Shown: piece after piece, positions 20,070-28,493 of the stretch
How positions within the stretch are numbered: position 1 is the stretch's first letter
Layout: the number at the start of each line of letters is the position of its first letter
NCBI GenBank assembly: GCA_000995185.1
Contig: LCET01000001.1
Coordinates: forward strand, 29,327 to 93,326
Source of the DNA: Candidatus Woesebacteria bacterium GW2011_GWC1_42_9
GTDB taxonomy: Bacteria > Patescibacteriota > Microgenomatia > UBA8517
Length of the DNA: 64,000 bases
Direction: 5' to 3'
The notes under the pieces: model-generated
Seen by the model: only the letters and a program-made list of their open reading frames with translations
Databases searched by the model: none
What the model was told of the DNA's origin: nothing
Made by a program: the position numbers and the translations under genes

Positions 20070-21295
20070 AGCTCTTTACCGTGTTCAAAGACGACTTCGT
20101 CTTCTCCTTGTATTTTGTCAATTAGATCAATATTATTCGGAATAATTTCAGTATCAGTGTTCTTCCCTTTTCCCACAAATTCTCCTGAGAGCCCAATGTA
20201 TAAATTCTCAGAGTTATTTTCTTCAGCAAAATAATATGATTTATAAGTGATATTGTTACCCTCAAAATAGTAAGGGATGAACGTCTCAGTGGGTCCAAAT
20301 CTCTGGCTGATTATTATCTGGGGGTAATTATCACTATTTGAATTAAGCCAGCTTCCAATTTTCTGGTAATAGATTAAATCTGTATTTAGAAATTTTTGAG
20401 GGAATTTGTGGTAGAACGCCAAATATTGCGTTGATGAAAAAAATGATAGAAGTAGTAGGAAGTATAGTGCAAACGATGATAGTTTCTCCTCGATATTTTT
20501 GATACCGTTGTAATAAACACTTGCAATAAGGGGAATAACTAAAAAACTAGAATCGGCTAGGTTTTTTTTCTCAAAAATGAGGAATATTCCCACCCCACAC
20601 GCTCCAAGAAATATGAGTTTTGCGCGGGGCTTATATTTAAGTAATCCAAAAAAAACAATAGGGATTTGCCAAGTAAAAAGAATTAATGGATTATTTTTTG
20701 GGGAAAGCCCGCTAAGTTTTATCAATTCATAGGAATCTTTAGGAGATGACCATTGTTCAAAGTCAAAGAAGCTAATAAAGTGAGAGATGGAAATATCGAC
20801 AACATATGTCAACTTGTTATAAGTGATCTTTCTGATTAGATGTTCAGAGATAAATTTTTGTTTTTCATTTACCTCAAGAGTTGCCCGTGCCAAGTCATAA
20901 TTTTTAAGAAAGATTTTTAGTGAGCGATTATTTTGAAGGGCAGTAAAGGTGAGTATAAAGATTAAGATGATTAATGGAGTATTATATTTTTTGGTTCGAT
21001 AGTATACCGCTGATAAGAAGAGAATAATGGTCTCAATAATTCTAAATTCATAAATATAGAGACACCAAGGAATGGTGATATAAAAAAAAAGTCTTTTGGC
21101 GTTGTTTTCTGCAAACATTTGAAAGGCAGATACGAGTATAAATAAGGCAAATATTTTTAGAATATAATTATTGAAGTGGATAAATATCTTGGAACTTGCA
21201 ATCTCAAAATTTACAGGGAGAGGCATTAATATAATTAAAATTATATTAATAGTAATAATTAGAGCGATTGCGACTGGGAAAATGTGACTTTTCAT
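20048..21295 (-). CDS. polytopic membrane protein of unknown function (possible glycan polymerase/ligase-type)
   Basis: 415 aa with about 10 TM segments and a C-terminal hydrophilic tail of about 100 aa. Co-oriented with, and overlapping, the ORF at 18516..20069. No recognisable motif. Confidence 0.4.
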   Translation of the reverse strand: MKSHIFPVAIALIITINIILIILMPLPVNFEIASSKIFIHFNNYILKIFALFILVSAFQMFAENNAKRLFFYITIPWCLYIYEFRIIETIILFLSAVYYRTKKYNTPLIILIFILTFTALQNNRSLKIFLKNYDLARATLEVNEKQKFISEHLIRKITYNKLTYVVDISISHFISFFDFEQWSSPKDSYELIKLSGLSPKNNPLILFTWQIPIVFFGLLKYKPRAKLIFLGACGVGIFLIFEKKNLADSSFLVIPLIASVYYNGIKNIEEKLSSFALYFLLLLSFFSSTQYLAFYHKFPQKFLNTDLIYYQKIGSWLNSNSDNYPQIIISQRFGPTETFIPYYFEGNNITYKSYYFAEENNSENLYIGLSGEFVGKGKNTDTEIIPNNIDLIDKIQGEDEVVFEHGKELWIGIQK

Positions 21296-21322
21296 TTATC
21301 TGTCATTTGCAAGTATAATTAA

Positions 21323-22975
21323 ATGGTTATGAATAAGATAGTTCTATTTGTGCTAGGATTGGCCTTTTTTCTTAGGATATATGGACTTAGTAATCATCCG
21401 GCAGGTTTCACTCCTGATGAAGCTTCATTTGGTTATGACGCGTATTCGATTTTGAGAACTGGTCGTGATCAATGGGGTAATTTCTTTCCTCTTAGCTTTA
21501 AATCTTTCGGAGACTACAAAATGCCTATATATGGGTATTTGACTATTCCTTCTGTTGCAATATTTGGATTAAATGAATTCGCCGTGAGGCTACCGAATGC
21601 CATTTTGGGCATACTTGCTGTATTGGGTACATATTTATTGGTTGATGAGGTTTTTAAAGACAAAAGGACCGCTTATTTGACAGCCTTTTTGTTAGCTGTC
21701 TCTTCATGGCATATTTCAATGTCTCGAGGAGCTTTTGAGGCCAACCTGACTACTTTTTTTATGCCTTTTGGAATATTTCTTTTTTATAAGGGGGTAAAGA
21801 ATTCGAAATATTTTATATGGTCGGCTACTTTTTTTGGCTTAAATCTTTTTACTTATCACTCAGCCCGCTTGGTTACTCCACTAATTGTGGGGTATTTAAT
21901 CGTAGATAATCGTGCAAATTTGAAATTGAGCAAAAAAATGAGATTCCCAATTGGAATTTTTGGACTATTTTGCATAGGCGCTTTGTATACATATCTTACT
22001 GGATCAGGGTCAAGGGCGGTTTCCGCTGGGATATTTAGTTTGGCAAGCAATGTTGGTGGTCAACGTTATGGTGCGGTTATGGTAGGGCTCCCGGATTTTT
22101 TGGCGAGAGTTTTTAATAATAAACTTACTTATCTTTTTTCTATTTTCTTGGGTAATTACGTATCGTATTTTTCCCCGCAGTTTTTATTTACACAAGGTGC
22201 TGGTGAAGGGACATATGGGATGCTCCCAGGTAGAGGTTTGCTTTATTTGATTGAATTGCCTTTACTAGTAGGATTTGTTTGGGGATGGGCATCCGGAAAA
22301 ATAAAGAAGGTTAACTGGCTTGTTGTTTGGCTATTGATAGCACCGGTTCCTGCGGCGTTGTCGATTGGTCCGGGATATGCAGCCAATCGTGCTGTAATTA
22401 TGATGCCGGCTATTTCGATTATTCTGGGCCTTGGCGGCGTACATGTTTTTAAGGAACTCGCGCGATATATTGATCAAAAAATATTAGTTTTCATCTATCT
22501 GTCTATGTTTTTGCTTGGTTTTGTCTTTTTCATTGAAGATTATTTTATTCAACAACCGTCTCGTGAGGCGAAGACGATGATCTATGGCCAGCGGGAATTG
22601 TTTGGCTATTTAGCTCAAATTGAGGGGGATTACCATCAAATAATTATTTCAAAAAAGATTTCTGAGGGACATGTTTATCTAAGTTTTTATAATGGATTTG
22701 ATCCAGCTGAATACCAATCAGAAATTAATTCGTGGGGTTTTGACGAAGGGAAATATAGTTGGGTTGATCAAATCCCAAAATATACTTTAGGAAAATTTGT
22801 GTTCCAGAATATAGATTGGTCATTTCATTCAAGGGTTCCACAGGTATTGTTAGTTGGTGAACCAGGTGAATTCCCTGAGTCCACAGAAGCCATCAAAAAA
22901 ATACTTTATCCAAACAAAACAGAGGCTTATTGGATAGTTGCTCCGACGCAAGAGCTTTATGCGAATAACAAATAA
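21323..22975 (+). CDS. GT-C glycosyltransferase, PMT_2/ArnT-like, tandem paralog 4 of 8
   Basis: 'TPDEASFGYDAYSI..TGRDQWGNFFPLSFKSFGDYKMP', same architecture. A TATAAT hexamer lies 4 nt upstream of the first ATG. A second ATG at 21329 is also possible. Confidence 0.7.
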   Translation: MVMNKIVLFVLGLAFFLRIYGLSNHPAGFTPDEASFGYDAYSILRTGRDQWGNFFPLSFKSFGDYKMPIYGYLTIPSVAIFGLNEFAVRLPNAILGILAVLGTYLLVDEVFKDKRTAYLTAFLLAVSSWHISMSRGAFEANLTTFFMPFGIFLFYKGVKNSKYFIWSATFFGLNLFTYHSARLVTPLIVGYLIVDNRANLKLSKKMRFPIGIFGLFCIGALYTYLTGSGSRAVSAGIFSLASNVGGQRYGAVMVGLPDFLARVFNNKLTYLFSIFLGNYVSYFSPQFLFTQGAGEGTYGMLPGRGLLYLIELPLLVGFVWGWASGKIKKVNWLVVWLLIAPVPAALSIGPGYAANRAVIMMPAISIILGLGGVHVFKELARYIDQKILVFIYLSMFLLGFVFFIEDYFIQQPSREAKTMIYGQRELFGYLAQIEGDYHQIIISKKISEGHVYLSFYNGFDPAEYQSEINSWGFDEGKYSWVDQIPKYTLGKFVFQNIDWSFHSRVPQVLLVGEPGEFPESTEAIKKILYPNKTEAYWIVAPTQELYANNK

Positions 22976-23594
22976 TGTGCGTCATCTTTTGCTATTTTTT
23001 GTTTTGTGTCCTGGTTTTTGGTGGGGAATTATTAACTCGACCAATGTTTTTCGTGAAATAGGTAAATCTCCTCATTATTTTCAGGGTAAATTGGGATCAA
23101 TTTATAGCTATGAGAGGACTGAGAGAATTAAGGCTACCAAAAATGCCAATGTTGACCTTGGGTTGCCAGGTAGACTTGTAGGAGGTTTTTTCTTTAATGA
23201 ATTTACAATAGTAGTCGATGAATTTTTTGATCTTACGTCGTTTTTGAGCCCCCGATTTTTTTTCCAAGCAGGCGATGGTAGTTTGATGTCTCCGCCTCGT
23301 ACTGAGCCAATTCCATTGGTTTTGTTTCCTGCATGGGTTTTAGGGATTATTACCATTGTAAGAAAGAAAAACTTTGGGCTATTAAAGATATTGATAATTT
23401 TGGTATTTATTCCCTACATATTGGGTCAAAAAAATCTTGTTTTCCTCTGGCCGGTGATGATTCTTTATATATTTATAGCAAGGGAAGGGATTATGAATAT
23501 TGGAAACATCAAAACGAAAAATAATTATCTTCATCTTTTTGTTGTTTATGGAGTTTTTGTTGTATTAAGAAGTTTTTATCTTTTATTACGGTAA
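22938..23594 (+). CDS. truncated paralog or remnant of the tandem GT-C family, central TM segment only
   Basis: 218 aa. 'GLPGRLVGGFFFNEFTIVVDEFFDLTSFLSPRFFFQAGDGS' matches by eye 'GLPDFLARVFNNKLTYLFSIFLGNYVSYFSPQFLFTQGAGEG' in the upstream paralog 21323..22975. It lacks the N-terminal DE-motif region. Confidence 0.45.
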   Translation: MLRRKSFMRITNNVRHLLLFFVLCPGFWWGIINSTNVFREIGKSPHYFQGKLGSIYSYERTERIKATKNANVDLGLPGRLVGGFFFNEFTIVVDEFFDLTSFLSPRFFFQAGDGSLMSPPRTEPIPLVLFPAWVLGIITIVRKKNFGLLKILIILVFIPYILGQKNLVFLWPVMILYIFIAREGIMNIGNIKTKNNYLHLFVVYGVFVVLRSFYLLLR

Positions 23595-23595
23595 T

Positions 23596-25212
23596 ATGAA
23601 AGGAATTCGTTTATGCCCACTGTTAATTGTCTTTATCCTAGCTTTTAGTTTTCGTTTCTATAAATTGTCTTCATATCCGGTTAGTCTATCTATTGATGAG
23701 GTGGGGTTTGGATACAATGCATATTCCATAATAAAAACGGGTAGAGATGAATGGGGGATGAAAATGCCATTAGTCTTTAGGGCGATAGGGGATTACAAGC
23801 CGGCAATCGATATTTATCTCACTGTGCCCTCGGTTTATCTTTTTGGTTTGACGGAATTTGGAGTAAGGTTCCCTACCGCACTGCTTGGCGCTTTAACTGC
23901 CGTAATCTTTGTAATGATTTTATTTGAGTTTGGGTTATCACGACCTGCGTCTATTCTTGGGGGTCTTTGGCTAGCGGTAAATCCTTGGCATGTACATTTC
24001 TCCAGGGGAAATTTTGAGGCCATCATCGCGCTTTTCTTTTTGCTAGTTGGGGTATGGAGTTTGCTTCGTTGGAATAAAAGTATGAAAAATAGATATTTAA
24101 GTTTGAGTGTAATGGCTTTTGCCTTGTCTGTTTGGAGTTATAACGCAGAACGGCTGTTCTCTCCCTTATTATTTTTAATCTTGAGCTTTCTGCTTAGGGG
24201 AAATTTGAGAGTTATAATTAGAAATCCCAAACTTCTTATCGCACCGTTAGTTATTTTACTTATCTTTATAACGCCGTATTTTTATCTAGGCTTTTTTACC
24301 GAAGCGATTAGATCTAGACCTTTATCAACATCCATTTTTCGAGAGGCAGGATTAATGGACTCCCTCCACAGAGGAACATATGTCAATTGGATAGAGAGAC
24401 TATTGGATAATGATATTTATTTAATTTTTAGGCATTGGGCGGGAAAATATTTGAACTATTTTGATCTAAGATTTTGGTTTTGGAAAGGAATGGGTTACAC
24501 CCAGCCTGGAGATCCTGATTTGGGGCTTTTTTACATTGTCGATGTAATCCCGATATTATCAGGGACATACCTCGTCTTTTCAAGTAAAAATAAATTATTT
24601 AGAGCCATTGCGGTCACCTGGTTATTTTTGGGCCCACTCCCGGCGTCATTAACAATGAACGAGCAACATACAATAAGATCTCTGACTTGGCTTCCTTTTT
24701 TTGGATTCGCTTATGCGAGTTCTATCGAGTTTGTAATTAAAAATGTTCGGAGATTGAGGACAATTTCTGTAGTATATTTTGCGTTGCTTGCTGTTAATAT
24801 TGCGTACTTCGCTAACTTATATTTTGTGCATTATCCAAAATACTATTCAGAGTATTGGCAATACGGGTACAAGGAAATAGCTCTTTATGCTTGTGGTCAC
24901 ATAGATGAGTATAATGAGGTTATCATTACCGACACTTTCGGTAGCTTGGGGCCCTTAAATACTGGTATTCCATACGCCTATGTTCTATTTTACTGTCAAT
25001 ACGATCCGAACACTTTTCTTGCAAATGGGAGGAGGATTTCGAAGATATCTTTTCGCAGGCCTGACTGGCCAAATGACTCACTGCAAAAAAATAGACTATT
25101 AATTGGTTCTCCCTGGGATTTAGATATTCAGGAAATCCCCATGGAGGCTATAATTAGAGTGACTTATTTTAAAAATAAACAAAGGTCATTTATTTATGCG
25201 GATACTAGATAA
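23596..25212 (+). CDS. GT-C glycosyltransferase, PMT_2/ArnT-like, tandem paralog 5 of 8
   Basis: 'SIDEVGFGYNAYSI..TGRDEWGMKMPLVFRAIGDYKPA'. Confidence 0.7.
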   Translation: MKGIRLCPLLIVFILAFSFRFYKLSSYPVSLSIDEVGFGYNAYSIIKTGRDEWGMKMPLVFRAIGDYKPAIDIYLTVPSVYLFGLTEFGVRFPTALLGALTAVIFVMILFEFGLSRPASILGGLWLAVNPWHVHFSRGNFEAIIALFFLLVGVWSLLRWNKSMKNRYLSLSVMAFALSVWSYNAERLFSPLLFLILSFLLRGNLRVIIRNPKLLIAPLVILLIFITPYFYLGFFTEAIRSRPLSTSIFREAGLMDSLHRGTYVNWIERLLDNDIYLIFRHWAGKYLNYFDLRFWFWKGMGYTQPGDPDLGLFYIVDVIPILSGTYLVFSSKNKLFRAIAVTWLFLGPLPASLTMNEQHTIRSLTWLPFFGFAYASSIEFVIKNVRRLRTISVVYFALLAVNIAYFANLYFVHYPKYYSEYWQYGYKEIALYACGHIDEYNEVIITDTFGSLGPLNTGIPYAYVLFYCQYDPNTFLANGRRISKISFRRPDWPNDSLQKNRLLIGSPWDLDIQEIPMEAIIRVTYFKNKQRSFIYADTR

Positions 25213-26878
25213 GCTAACAAGTCCCGGGGTATTGCTATCTTTGATAGTAATTAATGCGTTTATATTAAGGATTATATTTCTGGATAAAACTCCCCCCTCC
25301 CTTAATTGGGATGAAGTTAGCCACGGATATAATGCCTATTCTATATTGAAGACCGGGAGGGATGAATGGGGAAAGTCTTTTCCTCTTATTTTTCGGGCGT
25401 ATGGAGATTACAAACTACCGGTGTACATTTATGCGGTAGCGGTTAGCGAGTTCTTTATTGGTCCAAGTGAACTTGCAGTTCGATTGCCATCAGCATTAGC
25501 TGGCACATTCAGTGTTTTTTTTGTATACCTATTTACTTACGAGCTATATAAAAATAAAAAAGTTGCATTGTTTTCAGGGGTATTGGTGGCGATTGAACCA
25601 TGGGGATTATTCCTTTCTCGTATCGCCGTTGAAGCAAATCTCGCGCTAATGTTCATTATTTCTGGAGCATATTTTTATATCCGTGGTGTTAGGTTGAGAT
25701 CAAGTAGTATATTGATTGGAATCTCATTGTTAGGAATTTCTGCTTGGACTTATAATTCTGCTAGGATATTTTCTCCATTGTTTTTATTTGGTTTGGCTTT
25801 TATCTATCAAAGAGAAACAAAAGAATTTATTAAGAGAAGGGTGGCCAATCTTGTCCTCTCAATATTATTGATATGCGGTTTGTTTCTGACTATGTTTTGG
25901 CAATTGACCGCCTCAAGCGGGCTTGCACGATACGCCAACGTCCAGATAATAAATGATGGAGCTATTTCTAGGATCGTTGAATCTAGAAATACATCGGAAC
26001 TCCCGGGAGTTTTACCTAGGGTAGTCTATAACAAGGGAACATTCTTCGTTAACGAATACGTAAGAAATTATATATCACATTTTTCACCCACTTTTTTATA
26101 TCTTAAGGGTGGATCGCATTATCAATTTAATATCCCAAATTTTGGACTCCTTTACCTAGTTAATGCGCCTTTTTTGCTCATAGGTATTTTGCATTTAATC
26201 AAAAATAGAAATGTGAGCAGTAAAGTTTTATTGTTATGGATTATAATTGCTCCGATTGCCGCAAGTTTTACTCGCGAATCTCCGCATGCCTTAAGGTCAA
26301 TACTAATTATTCCTATTCCTATGATTTTATCGGCACAAGGGATAATAGTTTCTTGGGAAAGTCTAAAAAATAATCAAAACAGGATGATATTTATGCTACT
26401 TTATTTAGTATTGTTATCTATTTCTGCATATAGTTTTTTAATCAGATACTTAGACTATAAGGATAAGTATTCGTGGGCATGGCAGTATGGGAACAAAGAA
26501 ATGGTCGACTACGTACGAGAAAATTACAATAATTATGACAAGATAATCATTTCTAAAAAATATGGAGAGCCGCACGAATTTTTATTATTTTACTGGCCTT
26601 GGAGACCAGATGTGTACCAAAACGACCAAAAACTTATCCGTTTTTACCAATCAAATTGGTATTGGGTCGATCAGTTTGACAAGTTTTATTTTGTAAATGA
26701 TTGGGATATACCAAACGATTCATCTATGCTGACTTTGGAGAGCGGCAAGGAGGTTGATTGCACAATAGGTAAGTGTTTATTGGTAAGTAGCCCTGAAAAA
26801 AACCTGCACGGATGGGATAAGGTTTATTCAATCAATTTTTTAGATGGTTCAAGAGCGTTTGATATTTATGAAAACTAA
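25196..26878 (+). CDS. GT-C glycosyltransferase, PMT_2/ArnT-like, tandem paralog 6 of 8
   Basis: 'NWDEVSHGYNAYSI..TGRDEWGKSFPLIFRAYGDYKLP'. Confidence 0.7.
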   Translation: MRILDKLTSPGVLLSLIVINAFILRIIFLDKTPPSLNWDEVSHGYNAYSILKTGRDEWGKSFPLIFRAYGDYKLPVYIYAVAVSEFFIGPSELAVRLPSALAGTFSVFFVYLFTYELYKNKKVALFSGVLVAIEPWGLFLSRIAVEANLALMFIISGAYFYIRGVRLRSSSILIGISLLGISAWTYNSARIFSPLFLFGLAFIYQRETKEFIKRRVANLVLSILLICGLFLTMFWQLTASSGLARYANVQIINDGAISRIVESRNTSELPGVLPRVVYNKGTFFVNEYVRNYISHFSPTFLYLKGGSHYQFNIPNFGLLYLVNAPFLLIGILHLIKNRNVSSKVLLLWIIIAPIAASFTRESPHALRSILIIPIPMILSAQGIIVSWESLKNNQNRMIFMLLYLVLLSISAYSFLIRYLDYKDKYSWAWQYGNKEMVDYVRENYNNYDKIIISKKYGEPHEFLLFYWPWRPDVYQNDQKLIRFYQSNWYWVDQFDKFYFVNDWDIPNDSSMLTLESGKEVDCTIGKCLLVSSPEKNLHGWDKVYSINFLDGSRAFDIYEN

Positions 26879-28493
26879 CAAGTATTTGGTTGCTATTGTA
26901 GTTTTATCTTTAGTTTTAAGGGTGTGGGATTTGGGAAATATCCCACCTCATTTGTCAAGCGATGAAGCTTCGTTAGGATACAATGCCTATTCAATTCTGA
27001 AAACTGGACGGGATGAATACGGTAAGTTGTTTCCAATCATTTTTAAGTCATTCGGCGATTATAAGCCTGGTTTGTATATTTATTTCTCAGTACCAGTCGT
27101 TGCAATTTTAGGATTGACGGAATTTGCAATCAGATTACCAAGTGCAATTATGGGGGGCGTTGCGGTTGTATTGGTATATTTTTTATCAAAAAATATTCTG
27201 AATTCACGAAAGATGGGGTTATTTACTGCGTTTGCGTTATCTATTAACCCGTGGCATATTCATTTTTCACGAGGGGCGTGGGAAGCAAATTTAGCGTTTA
27301 CCTTAACAATTGCAGGAATACTCGCTTTTCTTTTATCTTTTGAGAAGCGTAAATGGCTCTATATGTCGGCGTTGTTTTTTGGTTTAACACTGGTTGCATA
27401 TCAGGGAGCAAAATTAACATCACTTATCAGTTTAGTTGCTCTTATTCTTATATATTTCAAGGATTTGAAACAAATTGATAAACAAACTTTGGCAGGGAGC
27501 TTTTTTGTAGGGCTAATTATATCTTCACCGATAATTTACAGTTTCTTTGTAGGCCAGACAGGTAGACTTGAAGTTTTTAGCATTTTTTCTTATCCGAGAG
27601 AAAGTTGGTATGTAGATAAATTATTAAGTGAAGGGGAGGAACAGAGAGGTAGTGCAAGTTACTTGCTTTATCATTCAGAACTTTTAAGTTTTTTTCAAGG
27701 GATAGTAGGGAGATGGTTTAATCACTTTTCGGGAAGATTTCTATTTTTTCAGGGTGATTGGGAAAATTCTCGGCATGGCATACCAGGATTGGGGCAACTC
27801 CTTTTTGCAGATCTATTAGCGCTCTTGATCGGAACTTTTTATTTGATAAAAAGTAAGAGTATTGCAACAAAGAGTAAATTATTATTAATGATGTTGTTTT
27901 TGTTATCTCCGCTACCGGCTGCGCTTTCTCGCAGTCAGGTGAACGCGGTAAGAAGCATGAATATGATATTGCCTCTGGTAATTATCTTGGGGATTGGGAT
28001 GAACTATATGTTTGCTCAAAAAAGATGGGTATTTTTATATTTCGCAATGTATATATTTTCTTTTATTTACTTTGTAGATGCTTACTTCGTGCACCTCCCT
28101 GTTCATAATGTTCGGTCGTGGAATTGGGGGTATCGAGAAATGGTTAATTATGTATTAATCGTTGAGTCTGATTATGATGAAATTCAAATTCAACAAAGTT
28201 ATCGGCAGCCATACATATATTTCTTATTTTACGGAGGATATGATCCTTCTAGTTATCAAAAAACATCTCATTTATTAGAAAATGAGTTTGGAGATGTGGG
28301 GCTAGTCGAAAGTTTTGATAAATATGTTTTTAAGTCTATAAATTGGCCGGTTGGAGAGACCGATAAAAGGATCTTGTATATTGGGGACGAAGTAACGATC
28401 GCTCGTGAGCTTGGTTCATCAAAAAATTACGTTTTAGAAAAAGAGATTAAATATTTAGATGGGACAACCGCTTTTATGGCAATTCATGATTAA
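26868..28493 (+). CDS. GT-C glycosyltransferase, PMT_2/ArnT-like, tandem paralog 7 of 8
   Basis: 'SSDEASLGYNAYSI..TGRDEYGKLFPIIFKSFGDYKPG'. I prefer the ATG at 26868 (MKTNKY..), which overlaps the upstream stop by 11 nt. The ORF could also start at 26844. Confidence 0.7.
   Translation: MKTNKYLVAIVVLSLVLRVWDLGNIPPHLSSDEASLGYNAYSILKTGRDEYGKLFPIIFKSFGDYKPGLYIYFSVPVVAILGLTEFAIRLPSAIMGGVAVVLVYFLSKNILNSRKMGLFTAFALSINPWHIHFSRGAWEANLAFTLTIAGILAFLLSFEKRKWLYMSALFFGLTLVAYQGAKLTSLISLVALILIYFKDLKQIDKQTLAGSFFVGLIISSPIIYSFFVGQTGRLEVFSIFSYPRESWYVDKLLSEGEEQRGSASYLLYHSELLSFFQGIVGRWFNHFSGRFLFFQGDWENSRHGIPGLGQLLFADLLALLIGTFYLIKSKSIATKSKLLLMMLFLLSPLPAALSRSQVNAVRSMNMILPLVIILGIGMNYMFAQKRWVFLYFAMYIFSFIYFVDAYFVHLPVHNVRSWNWGYREMVNYVLIVESDYDEIQIQQSYRQPYIYFLFYGGYDPSSYQKTSHLLENEFGDVGLVESFDKYVFKSINWPVGETDKRILYIGDEVTIARELGSSKNYVLEKEIKYLDGTTAFMAIHD

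Noticed and set aside
21296-21322. 'TTGCAAgTATAAT' in the divergent gap, read as a -35/-10 pair
   Set aside because: The two hexamers are adjacent, with a 1 nt spacer, so they cannot be a -35/-10 pair. Only the TATAAT is plausibly a -10, and no upstream -35 or TG extension is present. It is mentioned only in the inversion-island finding.
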